From: Octopus vulgaris
Taxonomy: Eukaryota
Assembly: GCA_951406725.2 (NCBI GenBank)
Contig: OX597820.1
Coordinates: 94,922,001-94,986,000, forward strand
Direction: 5' to 3'
DNA length: 64,000 nt
Below the pieces are notes generated by a model that did no database searches, was not told where the DNA came from, and saw nothing but the letters and a program-made list of their open reading frames with translations. The translations under genes were made by a program, and so were the position numbers. Shown piece after piece: positions 1 through 14,976 of the stretch (position 1 is the stretch's first letter; each line of letters begins with the position of its first letter).

Positions 1-584
1 TCTGCCTCAAACAACGTCAGGTTTTCCTGTGATGTGATCGGCCTGATGCGCTTTTGGTCAGATGTCATATGAGGCGGCACCCATCAGGCACAAACCTTCA
101 TCATGCCAAGTTCGTTATGAAGAATATTCTCAACTCTTTCTCGAGATAGACTAAATAGACAATGGCCGTCATCCATCACCATGTGATGAATACATTCAAT
201 ATTTTCCTCGATCATGACAGTTGTTGGACGTCCAGACCTTGGTTAATCTTCAAGATTCTCTCTTCTCCTCCTAAATTCGACTGCCCACTTTTGCACTGAT
301 GACAAAGCTGGAACGTCATCCTCTAATATAGCAATCATGTCACCATAAATGTCTTTGGAGGCGAAACCGTTTTTCTGCAGATAACGGATACCAAATTTTG
401 ACGGTTTTCAAGAGAAGTCAGTATTAGTTACATTTAAAGTCTTCTTTGGACAATCAAATATCAGTTTACCTGGAAAGAAACAATGTAGATACTAATAAGG
501 AGAGTTGAAATAATGCGTGCAATATTTCACAGCTCTAGCTTCACTCCTTCATAGGTAGCCTATCAAATTTTCAGCCTACCCTCG
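1..584 (-). mobile_element. Degenerate mariner transposon (5' end, cut by the window edge)
   Basis: The minus strand begins TA|CGAGGGTAGGCTGAAAA (mariner-type TIR, TA at 585-586). Decayed transposase motifs LED*PRSGRPTT and ILHNELGMMKVCA*WVPPHMT (WVPHEL motif). Confidence 0.8.
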
Positions 585-721
585 TATGTATAATATATAA
601 CATATATATATATATATATATATATAATAAATATCGGGGTAGCAAAAAAATTCTAGAAAAAATTTCCCGCTACCAGCGGTCTAGTGAGAACGAAAAAATA
701 GTCAAAGACTATATAATATAC

Positions 722-888
722 ATTCAACAATATAGGAATGGCCCTGATAGGCCATTCGACTCACTAGAAAGAGCAGCCAAACTCAAACCGCTAACTCTTC
801 CAATTTCAGAATTACAACTATTTAGCGGTTTGAGTTTGGCTGCTCTTTCTAGTGAGTCGAATGGTCTATCAGGGCCATTCCTATATTG

Positions 889-894
<6 letters not shown>
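722..894. repeat. Near-perfect hairpin (73-bp arms, 27-nt loop) next to (TA)n
   Basis: 722-794 is the reverse complement of 822-894 with one mismatch. Confidence 0.92.
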
Positions 895-952
<58 letters not shown>

Positions 953-1204
953 AAAGTTATTTTATTCCACAAGAGTAAAAATATAGGAAAAATAGAAGTT
1001 GAAAATGCACTTAAAAAAATTAAAATACCTTTTTTATTAATATATTTAAAGCTTTAATCGGTTTCACAGTTTACACTGATTTTCAAAAACTTGAAATAGA
1101 AAGACGTGGTTTATGTCGCAGTTGTCTTGCTTTTGACTAGTGTTTGAAGCTTGTCCTATTTTTACAGGGAGTTCGTGACTCATTTTTTGTCTACTGGAAG
1201 CATA

Positions 1205-1398
1205 GGGCTTCAAATTTGGGTGGAGGAATTAAGTCGATTACATCGACCCCAGTGCGAACCTGGTACTTATTTAATTGACCCCGAAAGGATGAAAGGCAAA
1301 GTCGACCTCGGCGGAATTTGAACTCAGAATGTAGCAGCAGACGAAATACCGCTAAGCATTTCGCCCAACATGCTACTGAGTCTGCCAGCTCGTCGCCT
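1205..1398 (-). mobile_element. SINE family 1 copy
   Basis: Reverse complement of the family head and central domain. Confidence 0.85.
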
Positions 1399-4300
1399 AA
1401 GTACATGGCTCAAATTAGTATATGTTTTGAATAAGATTTGAGTGGTAGAGGATATATATATATATATATATATATATGCACCGACACATACATACATATT
1501 GGTGCACCTGAGCACTGTATACAATAATTTCATTATTATACATACATACATACATACATACATACATACATACATACATACATACATACATACATACATA
1601 CATACATAAACATGAATCAATGTTCCAGGTTGGCAACTGTTCAAAATCACACAAAGCTAATAAATGAAATCCTAGCTGAATGCTACTTATACAAACTGTT
1701 GAAAATCAGCCATGAATATAATTTTCCGTTCACCTGAATCTATCCAGTTCTAATTACAATAGTGGATAAACTAAACATCAGCGGGGATTTTTTTCCCGAC
1801 CTCAACTCTTTCTTTCACTTTTACTATTATTGGTCTCTTATCACCTCGATATTTGTAGAACTTTTCGTGAGTTCCCGTTAAAATCTATACGAGGTGTCTA
1901 TTTTTAAACCTGCACGTTCCCTCGGCTCCCAAATGCATTTACTGTTTTGGGTTGATTTTTGTTTTATCATTGCTGTCTTTGTTGATGGTTAACCACTAGA
2001 GACACGTATTTCGATTCTCTTAGGTAACTTTGTTTACTTTTTCCGTATCTCAGGGCAGTAACCAGGCTGAGGCAGAGGAGGCAGTTGATGATAAAAGTGA
2101 GCCTAGTATTGAAAATCATGGGATGTTAAAATATTTGTTTTTGTGTTATTTTGACTTTATCAAGGAGCTGACAATAAATAATAATGACTTTAGATAGTAA
2201 ATTTAGTTTTAGGCTAATATAATGAATGACCTTTCACAGTGGTAGTTAAAGCATGTAAAGTGACTACATATTGAATGTTCTCTCACACTCCCTGACCCCA
2301 GGCATTTTGGCCATCTGGCTGTGGGCTATTTTTAGACATGACTGTCTGCTTGCCTGGGAATTCCTGCCATTGCTTGGTGGAGCGATTTTTTAATGCCTGT
2401 GAGATCACACTCCTCATTGTAGGGTGAGGAAGAGAGGTTTTGGATTGGGAATTGGTGTATTTACTGTAACCATTTGCTCAACATTACACTTAACAGGATG
2501 TATACTTGGAGGGATCCTCCTTGTAAACGTGCAAAAATAAGCGATTATTGCAAACGAGTACCATCACACACATAAGTATCCTTAATATACTGAAAAAGGG
2601 TAAAACAAATTGTTTCCTGTAAAAACCTGTTTTGTGTTACTCCTCTATGGCCTTTTGTCAGCAGACCTTATCTATTATTGACCCATCCATCGTCTGTTTG
2701 TTCATCAACTTCTTCAAATGACTTCTCTTAAACTGTTGGCCCAAATGGGACCAGATTTTATGATAATACCTGGTTTGGTCCTCTATCAAGTTTGTTTAAC
2801 TTGTGCTGATTCAGCAATTGTTTATCATTCTTTGAACAAATTACTTAACAATCTTCTTCTTTGAAACTATTGGCCTTATTGTCAGAAAAAATTACTGGAG
2901 TGTTCCTTGGGTAGTCCCCTAGAAATTTAATTGATATTTTATTAATTGGATGGTTTTTTTTATTTAATAGAAAATCTATTTTATAGAAAACACATAAGGA
3001 CTTTTCATTTTCTATTCTATATGTTTTCCATGATATTTCCCGGTCAGATTCATCACGACAAATGCCAAATGACAGCGAGAGGTTTACTGTACTGGGCAAA
3101 TTACAAAGATGGGATCTCTTCAGTTTCGCTGACAGATTAATTTTTTTTTAACTAAACAGTTTGAAACTTCGTATACTGGTTTAATATCTCACGTTGAACA
3201 CGGTTTACTTTCAACATTTCTGACAAAATTTCGTATTCTAGAAGTTATTTCGTGTTAAAGTTGTCATATTTGGGTAATTTTAATCAATCAACGACGTATA
3301 TTAAGTTGAAGAAAGCTACTGCTGCTGTTTGCAATAGTAATCAAAGAGCAACAACTTCTGGGTCATCTCTACTAAATGTCACCACACTGTTCTATTTCAT
3401 TTTTGTTTACTGCCTGTGTTGCATATTACACGCTTTTTTATATTTTTGGTTCTCGCGTCGGAGCAACCAGTAAACATCAAAGAATCAACACCAAAAAGGA
3501 AAAAATATTATTTACATATAATTATTCGTTTGAAAGAGAATTTCACATGAGCACGTTATTCCCCCGTTTCAGCCATCGCAAAAATCGGTGAACAGGGGAG
3601 AAGCACTACAAAACAAAGACACAACACGTGGCAGTATGACTTTACTCGAAGACGCCGGTTGGAAGACGGCCTGACGGTCACATTTAGTGACCGATAGCGG
3701 CGAAAGCCTGAACTACAACGAGTTTGTACCTCAGAGAACGTTTCCGGTTACTTTTGGGTACCCACTCGTATGTACGTAGGTATGCATGACTTTTTATCAG
3801 TGTTGTAGCTGAGGTCATCCCGTTTTAATTTCCATGCAGAGTATATATGGAAATACATTATAAGAAGTATCCTCCTTATATTTAGGACGATAATGTTTGA
3901 TTTTAATGAGTCGTGATGATTAATTGTAGCTGTTTCAGTTACAATGTAATGCCTCCACTATTGTTTCAATGTCTGTGTACGTGTATGCATATTTGTTTCT
4001 TTAGACAAATAAGTCTTAGAGCGCGCAACAAAAACACACATACTGAGTCAATGAAATTTATATAGGTCGCTCAACAAGTGAAGAATAACAGCCATCTTGC
4101 CCTCGTATAATCCTCTACTGTTTCAAAGAAGGACACATTAGTTTGGATTATAACTGCACACAAAAATGTCCATGTGGTTAGAGCTGTATCGCTTTGATGA
4201 CACGTCCCCTTCAATTAAGACCGACCATGGGTTAAACTACAACAATTGTAGCAGTAACAATAGCAACACGATGTTTCTCATAAACGATATAATTGAGAGA

Positions 4301-4825
4301 AAAATATCTTAGAGGGTCGATTTACCGACTAAATACAAACACGTTAGGGTCTCATATTATAATAACTTATCACGGTATCGAGTAGACTATTGTTGTACAT
4401 CGCTGGTCATAAGGCACTTCCTCACGTTGTTGTAGCTTTCGAACGATGCACTCCTGCTTATTAGATCATCATTCCCACTAAACAATACGCCGATCCGACA
4501 CAAGGTAAATCAACGTGGAATGAAGTGCTTTGCTCGAGAAAAGAACGCACCGCCCAGTTCAAGAATCGAAGCTACGATCTAATGATCGTGAGTGCAACAC
4601 CCTCACCACTGGGCCACGCGCTTTCACATATTGTAATACAGTGAGCGGATAAACTTCCATCGACTTCTGTTATTCGAATATTCAGCCAGAGAATACGACG
4701 AAAATTTGCTTTGACTATCATAGTTGGCTAAAGTTTTATAACTCACTACAACACATTTCAGTCACCAAAGAAATAAACAGGAAATTGTTTGCTAATTATA
4801 TACCGAAAAGAAGATTTTATAACAT

Positions 4826-4906
<81 letters not shown>

Positions 4907-5312
4907 AATAAAAGATTAACACCGCCTTCTATTCTATTTAACTGACAAAGTTGAGGTCAGACACAGTGATCAAACATAATTAATGGTATCTTAATATCTG
5001 TTGCTTGATATGATAATTAGAAGACACGATCTAAAATGGACTGATAAGAGTTTAGAAACAAAATATTCACCCTTGTGTCTTCTGTTTAATCTTTTTTTTT
5101 AATAGCAGCCACACTGAATAGAATTGTTCTTTGTTATGCATTTTACTCATTCTTGTTTTGTTTCAAGTGCTGTGTGTCAATGAAGGAACTGGAGATGCTA
5201 AAAGAAGTCTTATCAAAAGACTATATATTACACATACATACATGCTTATATATATACATACATGCATACGGATGTATGCATGTATGTATGTACATATGTA
5301 TGTATGTATATA

Positions 5313-5696
5313 TCTCTCTATATATAAACGGCAGTTTGTCTGTGCGTGTTTCTGTGTGTCTGTTTGCTTGTACCCTCACCCTGACCACGGCTTTCAACCG
5401 ATTCTGATGAAACTTGACACACACATAGCCCAATGTCATAATTCAAAACTAACGCAGCGAAAATTTTGAAAAGTTCCCCCAGTTCTGAAAAAAATCGATA
5501 AATTCGACATGGGGTCGAGAATCAGAAACACGAACCACAAACTGTCTAGGGGACGCAACTCCACCTTTTTTAAGTCTCAAAAAAAATTTACCATAATTTT
5601 TTTTCCATTTTTTTGCTATTTTTTGGCTATAACTCTCTAAAAATGCTTTATAGTTATTTCCCTTACAAACCTGAGCAACGCCGGGCGATACTGCTA

Positions 5697-5697
<1 letters not shown>
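5313..5697 (+). mobile_element. Non-autonomous Helitron-like element
   Basis: A|TC..TATATATAAA start, 3' hairpin CCTGAGCAACGCCGGG and CTAG|T end. The 3' end is shared with 14977-15369. Confidence 0.7.
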
Positions 5698-5737
<40 letters not shown>

Positions 5738-5742
<5 letters not shown>

Positions 5743-6385
5743 AACAGCAGTTTGCAACGTTTCACCAAAAGGAGAATTATAATTGTCACTAAATGTGACT
5801 AGGGTGTTAGAAACTCTTACATTGCTAGAAATAAGAGTTAAATGTTTTAATGCTGTAGTCAACGTACATAAATATAAACATATACACTAACAGGGATCTT
5901 AATCAGCCCTAGTCACATTTAGTGACAATAATAATTCTCCTTTTTCGTGAAACATTGCAAACTTCTGTATGTATTAATTTCACGTATATACGTTAGCAAA
6001 TCGCTATATCATCCGTTAATTTGGATGACGAAAACATATATACTAATAGAAAAGCAAGTCCAAAAAGAGCCAAACTTTCGAGACAGTCTTAATTGATGGG
6101 TCAACGGAAATTGCTGAAACTGAAGTCAGTATTAAGAAATCTCAATCGGCATATGTTTACATTTATGTGTTATGTGCGTTGATTGCAACATTAGAGAATT
6201 TTAGACCTTACCTCTAGCAATATAGGTATATAGGTATTTCTATCACCCTAATCACATTTAGTGACAATTTTCTGTTGAAGAGCGTAGGCTCGAAACGTAA
6301 AAGACTTTCTCACTTTCCCGAGCGTCAAACTAAAACATCTGTCTACCAGTCTTCGTCTTTTGTTTTTCTGTAAATTCAAACTATA
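5738..6385 (+). mobile_element. PLE-like non-coding fold-back element with a hammerhead-like motif at 6268-6303
   Basis: Inverted arms at ~5742-5805 and 5906-5967, a third partial copy at 6244-6269, then tttt-CTGTTGA-a-GAGC gtag GCTC-GAAACGTA|aaag. Confidence 0.55.
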
Positions 6386-6454
6386 TATATGTGTGTGTGT
6401 GTATGTGAGCTTTTCGTCTCTCCACCTTCGTTACTTTGTAATTTTCACATATGG

Positions 6455-6955
6455 GACCATAGGATGAAGCAATCATCCAAGTAGCGTTTCCAAGTCTCCA
6501 ATAGGTATTTGTGGAAAGACAGGCCGTATTTTGATTTGGATTCTTCATAAATTTATAATTCTAGATAAGCCATCACCAGGTTTGCATAAGTAGGGGCAAC
6601 TTTAGTCCCCATTGCAGTCCCTGATACCTGTCTGTAGGTATTATTATTAAAATTCAAAAAGTTGTTTTGGAGGATAAACTTTGATGATAAATTCTTTTTT
6701 TATTCTTTCCGAGGTATTTTTCCGGGTATTTTTCTAGCCAGAATTTAATGGCTTCCAGTCCATATTGATGTGGAATCATAGTGTAAAGGTTTATTACATC
6801 AAAGGAGACAACGAAAATGTCTTTATTGGTATGTTTGGGGAGATGATTTAGTAGGTCCAGGTCATCTCTTACAAAATTTCGTATGTGTTTAAATATTGGT
6901 TTTAAGAGGATTTCGATAAAGTTGCTTAATCTGTGTATTTCACAGTTTGGTCCCT
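6455..6955 (-). mobile_element. Penelope-like element reverse transcriptase fragment
   Basis: Minus strand reads [72 protein letters not shown], with frameshifts. Confidence 0.88.
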
Positions 6956-7619
6956 TAAAATAGCAAACATTCCTTAGCTACATACAAAACAAAATGCCAG
7001 AAACACAGGTCAGCTATTCCTCTACAATTTTTTATAAATTCTTAAATATATCTCCTTCTGTGTATATATATATATATATACTACCAAACAAACATGATTT
7101 TTATTGAACTCAAAATGCTATTTGGAGTCCCGTTCTGATTACTTTCGTAAATACTTTCTTGTAAACTGTTTTTAATATTTTCTTATTATTATCAGAGAAT
7201 GTACATATATGTATTTTAATATTTTTGTGATAACCAGTATTTAACACGACAAAACTCATACAAAGCTTTACATTTTACTTTTGACAATCTTTTTCTAAAA
7301 AAAAAGTGAAACCGGTCAAGTGAATAAACATCTTTAAAATTGCATTTTCAAACCTTCTTTCATATACATATGTGTGTGTGTGTGTATGTGTGTATGTATG
7401 TATGCATGTATGTATGTATGTATGTATGTATGTATGTATGTATGTATGTATATATATATATATATATATAATTAATTAATAAGGGTGAGAGAATTAGATA
7501 CTAATTTAATAGTATATCTATTCAACACCAAGTGGCCTAGTGCTCCGAGAAACCTGGATTATTATAATATTTTATAATATATTATAATATTTTTACAACG
7601 TATGTATATATAATTTTAG

Positions 7620-9420
7620 CATAGTCTCTACTCGCGAGATGTTAGTATGCGTTCCTACATCTTTATGGGTGGCATGTCCAGTGTGATTGGTGTAAACATC
7701 ACTCTAATTTGAATTTGAATTTGAACATTTAGATTTTTATGTCATCAGTAAAGTTTTTTATAGGTTTGTGGCTAGTGTTTGTCTGTGCCTTCTTTTCTTA
7801 ACATGGTGTTGTGTTTTGGATACAGCTTCCATCATTAACCGGCAACTTGGGAGTAACTTCCCTCATTGGTCAGCTATTTTATTTTCAAGTAATGTTTTCT
7901 GATCTTGTTTAGTTTTGCACTTTGTGTTGCTCATTGTACTTGTTCCGTGTTGTAAGTGAGTGGTTAACTAGTGAGAAAATTGCCGTTCTTTTATAGCCAG
8001 TATAACGGTAGGAGTTGTGATGTTTACAACTTTCAAATTAGCAATCGAATTTGTAGATCAGATTAGTAAAAGCTTATTGTTTCCGGGGTTACATACTTGT
8101 GACGTATTATTGAAGGTTATAAAATACTTCTTTTTTATTGTAAATTACTTGTGTTAATTTTTCGTTTATTATAATGCAGTTTTCTTTTCCACTTTACGAG
8201 TTTTTTGTGTTTTGGGATTCTATAATTAGTTTCATTCATATAATGCACTTTATGTGTGCTTTGTGTATTTTTAATAGGTTCAGTATCTGTTGTACAAGTT
8301 ACGTTGTATGTTTTCGTATCGTCCAATTACTATTACTTTTTCGGAATACCCGCTGTTCACTAGCATTTGCTTTATTCTATGGATTTATTTACAAACGTGT
8401 ATGCTCTTCCAAGTAGGGATTTTAGGTCTAAGTAATATCCGTAAGTATATATGTATTTATTTGTGTTTTGGAAGTAGACTTACGTGGTGAATTTGCTTTC
8501 TATTTGAATTATATTTATATCTAAAAATGGAGTTTTAAATGGATTTTAATTTGGAGTCATTTTCTATGTGATGCTTTAATTTTTCAACGTCTTTCGATGT
8601 GTATATTATCATTAAAATATCGTTCATATACCTTACGTATATATGTTCCCGTCATTGTACCACTTCGCTTTATATTAAGGCCTATGACGTTAAATCCGAA
8701 AGAAAAACTATGACGACTCCTTTCCTTCCTTTTTTGTTGGCTTACATAATTTGCATTGTGGCTAGCGAAAACATATTTCTGCCATATAGTACACTTTACT
8801 GTAACAATTTCTTAAGTATATTATGTTGTTTTATTTTTCACTGTTTGTATACCTTATTTGATATGCTTTCCATTGTTTGTGCCACAAGAACGACGATAAA
8901 AAAGCTTTTGCCAAACTTTTTTAATGTGATGTTGCCTACTTTGTTAGTTTTCTTTTTTCTTCTTTTTTCTAGGATTTCTAGGAACTTTTCAAATGCCTTT
9001 ATAATGCTCCTCTCCGATGTGTATTGTTTGAAAGACTTTATTTCTGTTCCATGCTACCCGTGAACGATTTCAGCAGATACCAGTTATTCTACGAGAGAAG
9101 ATTACAAGTCATTCACTCAATGTTCTCTATCCGTAGAGAAAGAGGCACCATGGGTGATCTCCCATGACCCATCTCACAATGTAACGTGACCAATATCTGG
9201 ATGTTACTTTTTAATATTGTAAAACTTCCTCCAATTTCCTTGTTGAGTATTTATTTCGAATTATGTGAGTAATTATTTTTATCAGATTCACTTTAGAGTA
9301 AAACTTAAAGTTTATAATCTATACACTGATTTTGTTCCTGAGATTTTCTGGTGTTTTTTAGAGTAGTTTGATTTTAACTTTTAACTGTTTTATTCGTATT
9401 TTGGTGGTAAGTAGAAGTTG
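7620..9420 (-). mobile_element. Highly decayed Penelope-like element (RT plus GIY-YIG remnants)
   Basis: Minus strand remnants YVRYMNDILMI (RT YxDD-like, ~8605-8640), PFLDINI, KSLLGRAY and NLIYKFDC...YTG (GIY-YIG, ~8000-8065). Boundaries are approximate. Confidence 0.55.
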
Positions 9421-9726
9421 ATACCGACGGCCGAGGACTGTAATTTGGGTTGAACTGTGTCTATGTTGTGAGAGGTTACAAACCCAGGGCTCTAAACATG
9501 TGATTGAAGGGCAACGATGAAAGGAGACATTGGTATGAATGAAGAATGAGAAAGAGAAAAGGGTAAAGAGGTAAAAGAAGGAAGATGGAAAATACATTAA
9601 AATAATGTGTACAGTGCAACCATCGTACACTAACAGACAGGGTTTGTATAACTGACATGTACCTGATTCCGGAACAACCAACATAGCTGAACAGAGGAGT
9701 CTACATCTTAGTCTAAAGAAATAATG

Positions 9727-10750
<1,024 letters not shown>

Positions 10751-10755
10751 ATATA

Positions 10756-11697
10756 TCTTTATATATATAAAACTGAGAATGTGTGTCTGTCTGTCTGTCT
10801 GTGTGTTTCCCTAAAACTTGAGAACTACACAACCAATTTCATTCAAATTTTACACATGCCTTACTTAAGGTCCATGTAGTTTCATGAACAAAAAAATGTT
10901 CAACTTCTTGCCTAGAGCGAGCCCATAGCAATATCATATCTTCTCCACTATTTCAGTATTACGTGTTAAAAGTGAAACTAAAACGTTTCTCTATTTTATG
11001 TCAGATACTTTCACTTTAACAATAGAAATAATAACAATTGAATTATATGTAGTAAGTAATAATTAAAATCAAACTAAAGTATGATATAATTGTAACATAA
11101 CAAAAGTAAAAATAGCAATTGGTATAAAATTGCATCAATGACTTGAACTTGAATAAGTGGTTTCACATGAATGGGAATGAATTAAAAATGAAATTAGCGT
11201 GCAGAAATGGAATAGTCCAGATGGATAATAAAAAAACTAAATTAAAGAAAATACTATTGTCTATAAAGTATACAATGTAGAGAAAAAAGAAGATTTGAAC
11301 ACATGGAGGAAAGCACCTTCGAAAAGTGTCTTGGTGCGACTATGAAAGATATCTAATCAGAGGCGGTGAATTCGCCACAATAGAAGCAAGGTTCGAGTCA
11401 ACGGAGCGTGCAAGGGAGTACTCGACACGAACTTGCAAAATGGAAATATTTTATTTTTACCTTTATATCTGAGACGTAGGACGTCCCGGAAAAAAATTTT
11501 TAATAAATTACAAGAGACGGGCTAACAATTCCAGTCTGTTATATATTTTGAGTATTGTTATCACTAGCGATATCAAGATATAACTTTGTATTTTGTATTT
11601 TATGTGTAAATGTATATATATAGATGTACATGTAATATGTACACATATATACATGCACTAGCACTATGACCCGGCAACGACGGCTCTTTAATGCTAG
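10756..11697 (+). mobile_element. Non-autonomous Helitron-like element
   Basis: A|TCTTTATATATATAAAA start followed by (GTCT)n; 3' CCCGGCAACGACGG..GCTAG|T. Confidence 0.65.
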
Positions 11698-12289
11698 TAT
11701 ATATATATATATATATATATATAGTTAATCCAAACAAGAAAGCACAAAAAACACAACAACGCGAGGACGTGGAACAAATATAGTATTATTGGACGCTCAG
11801 GAAAGAAGGAGGGTTTTACGTTTCGAGCGGAGCTCTTCGTTGGAAACATAGGAGAAGGAAAGATCCAGAGAAGGGGAGACAGAGGAAAAAAATCGCCAAA
11901 TATTTAAATGTAAGATCCAAGGGTTGAGGTGTAGGAAAAAGGTGAGCTTCAAGCAAGCCGTAGAAAATATATAAAAAAACAACTTTCAGGAACAATAACG
12001 GTTTATCGAAGCGGAAGGTTGTGCATGTTTTCCGTATCGAAGTATGGCAAGCTGAGAAAAATTATTTTTATTTCACAGTAGGCAGCCAGGGTTATCAGTT
12101 ATGCAAATAAAATACAAGAGTTAAAGAATAGAATAGATAATATCCAGGCTACATATGTTTCATAGCGAGCGGAATCTCGGAAGTGACACATATCCAAGCG
12201 AGGTGTGTACTACTGACTACTCTTCAGTACGATTCGATCGAATCGTCCGTGTGTTGACATGTACCTCCATGCGACAATGTAAACTTCAT

Positions 12290-12650
12290 TTAACATTGTG
12301 TGGTACCTTGGGAAAGTGTCTTCATCTGCAGCTTTGATCCTTGCGAGTGGCTTTGGTAGTGGAAAATTGAAAGAAGTCCATCGTATATATAATATATATG
12401 TGTGTATGTATGTGTGTGTCTTTGTGTATGTGTTTATCCCCCACCACCACCACCACCATCTGACAATTGACAGTCGATGTTAGTGTGTTTACGTCCTTGT
12501 AACCTAGCGGTTCGACAAAAGAGACAGATAGAGTAAGTACCAGGATTTAAAAAAGTAATGGAGACGATTAGTTTGACTAAAACACTTCAAGGTGATGCCC
12601 TATCATGGCCACAGTCAAATAAATGACTGAAGCAAATAAAAAATAAAAGA
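12290..12650 (+). mobile_element. Older SINE family 2 copy (others at ~14255-14460 minus and ~31745-32200 plus)
   Basis: ggtaccttgggaaagtgtcttc..ttagcggttcgacaaaagagac..catggccacagtcaaat. Confidence 0.7.
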
Positions 12651-12652
12651 CG

Positions 12653-12696
<44 letters not shown>

Positions 12697-12822
12697 TGTG
12701 TGTTTGCGTGTGTATATGTATGCGTGTTTGTGTGCGTATTAACCAATAATTTTACAAATGTACATATATATATGTATATACAAACATATATACAAACGTA
12801 TATATATATATATATATATATA

Positions 12823-13345
12823 TAATAATGTCGTCCCGTTCTACTTGACTAACGAGGCGACTAGTCAAAACAGGAAACAAACAAGAGGGAGTTATAATGC
12901 AGCGATTGGTCAAAATAATGATGACGTCCCATTCTACTTGATTAAAGCCACCTAACGAAACGATTGGTCAAAACATTGATGACGTCACGCTACGCTAGAT
13001 TGACCACCTAACAGGCATTATAAAACCGAGCATTTCACAAAAACTCACTAGAACCACCCAGCGAACTTCCACCATGGGTCATCACAATTGCTTAAGGTAA
13101 AAATGAATTCCTCGCTCTTTCGGAAACATCAATCTTCTGTATTGACCGCTTTCCACCACTTTGATCTGTTTTTTGTATTGAATACGTATCGCCACCGTGG
13201 GCCACTGCATCGAACACTTTGAACATATACTTCAAACTATATATCAACTATACATGAACTATATATCAACTATACATGAACTCTAAGATGTCTGACTCCG
13301 TTGTGTATTATAAATGAATTTCTTGTGTTTGACGGCATGAGCTGT
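12823..13345 (+). promoter_or_regulatory. Solo-LTR-like or retroelement promoter-like segment
   Basis: Repeated ATTGG (CCAAT) boxes, a CRE-like TGACGTCA (~12980) and TATAAAA (13019), with internal short direct repeats. Confidence 0.35.
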
Positions 13346-13405
13346 CTTTTTTTATATATAACTTTTTTTGATAAGGTTCATTTCAGGAACTGAAACATGT
13401 TATAA

Positions 13406-13900
13406 TCTCTTATTATAAAAGGCAGATTTTATCTGCCTCCCTTTGGGAGTTATACAAATCTACAATATAGGATTTCTTCAATTACAATTTACCTAGCAAT
13501 TTTAAGAGTACAATGCATCGCGTCATGCCAGGTCCAGTTTTTAAAATTTAAACTCCAATTAAGCAAAATTTACAGAAAACTCACATTCTGGTGTGTGTCA
13601 AATGCTTTTCTTAGTCTGGTTTACACCACACGCAAACGCACACACACAGTGGGCAACGAATAAAAGGAAAGTAATTGACTTACTGTAGTGAGTGATTCTT
13701 TCACTCTGCCTCCCACTTCCACATTCCACACATAGACACGCAAATATATAAATAAAATTGTAAGCTAACGTGCGTGTGTGTGAGTGGGTGTGTGTGGGTG
13801 TGCGCGTGTGTGTGTGTGTGAGGGTGCGTGTGTGTGTGTGCGTGTGCGTGAGTGTGTGACAGGAAATTTTTTTACGACGAATATAACACCTATATCCAAG
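13406..13900 (+). mobile_element. Possible Helitron-like non-autonomous element
   Basis: A|TCTCTTATTATAAAAGGCAGATTTTATCTGCCT start with a subterminal palindrome. The 3' end is degenerate. Confidence 0.4.
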
Positions 13901-13908
13901 TAGCAGAA

Positions 13909-14178
13909 AGATAAGACAGTAAGGTGTGATTTGAGGGAGATTTGGCTGCTATTTCTACCATGTCTAGCTGCCATGTAGAGGTCTCCCTCATAGGCTCATA
14001 CATACATATATACATAGATAAGACAGTAAGGTGTGATTTGGGGGAAATTTGGCTGCTATTTCTACCAGGTCTAGCTGCCATGTAGGGGTCTCCCTCATAG
14101 GCTCATACATACATATATACATAGATAAGACAGTAAGGTGTGATTTGGGGGAAATTTGGCTGCTATTTCTACCAGGTC
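13909..14178. repeat. 107-bp tandem repeat, about 2.5 copies
   Basis: agataagacagtaaggtgtgatttg.. recurs at 13909, 14016 and 14123. Confidence 0.92.
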
Positions 14179-14544
14179 TGTTAGGTCTTCTCATGTAAAC
14201 TCAAGCTTTCTCATGCCTTGAACATAAGACCAAAGCAGAGAATGTATTCTTTTATTCTTCTGCTTTTTCCAGCCATTGGTCTGTGGCCATGCTGGGGCAA
14301 TGCCTTGAAGAATTGTAGTTTAATGAATCAACTCCAGTTTTATTTTTGTAAGCATTGTACTTATTCTATCTGTTTCCTTTGTCAAACCACTAGGTGACAG
14401 GGATGTAAACAAACCAACATTCGTTGTCAAGCAGTGGTGGAGGACAATCACAAGCACAGACACGCACACACACACACATACATGCATACACATATACACA
14501 CATACATACATACATACATATATATATATGTGTGTATATATATA

Positions 14545-14803
14545 TTGCAGCGTGGAAGGTGTTTGTAAGCCATTTAAGAAACACACAAAAACCGTTACAT
14601 TCACTTCAACATTTAAATTTAATTTGCCAAAATATTTTCGTCGCTTTGAGACCGCGACCTGTTCACTGACAAAAATATCGTGCTAACAGGTCGCGGTCTC
14701 AAAGCGATGAAAATATTTTGACAAATTAAATTTAAATGTTGAAGTGAATCTAACGGTTTTTGTGTGTTTCTTAAATGGCTTATAAACACCTTCAACGCTG
14801 CAA
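14545..14803. repeat. Long hairpin (119-bp arms, 21-nt loop) between (TA)n runs
   Basis: 14545-14663 versus 14685-14803 reverse complement, about 5 mismatches. Confidence 0.92.
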
Positions 14804-14873
14804 CTGTTTTCGTTCCAGCACACGATCTCAGATCAAGTCACTTGCTATGCAAGTACATCTCTGTAACTATATA

Positions 14874-14913
<40 letters not shown>

Positions 14914-14976
14914 TGGTAAAAACAGTAAGATAACAAAAGAAAGAAAGAGACCTCAATATTATGTAAATAGAGGAAA

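Noticed and set aside
5403-5415. CTGATGAAAC resembling a hammerhead core
   Set aside because: No stem II or III; it is a common internal phrase of the Helitron-like repeat.
8599-9063. 154-aa hydrophobic + strand ORF
   Set aside because: It is the T-rich antisense of a decayed A-rich PLE, with no splice or homology support.
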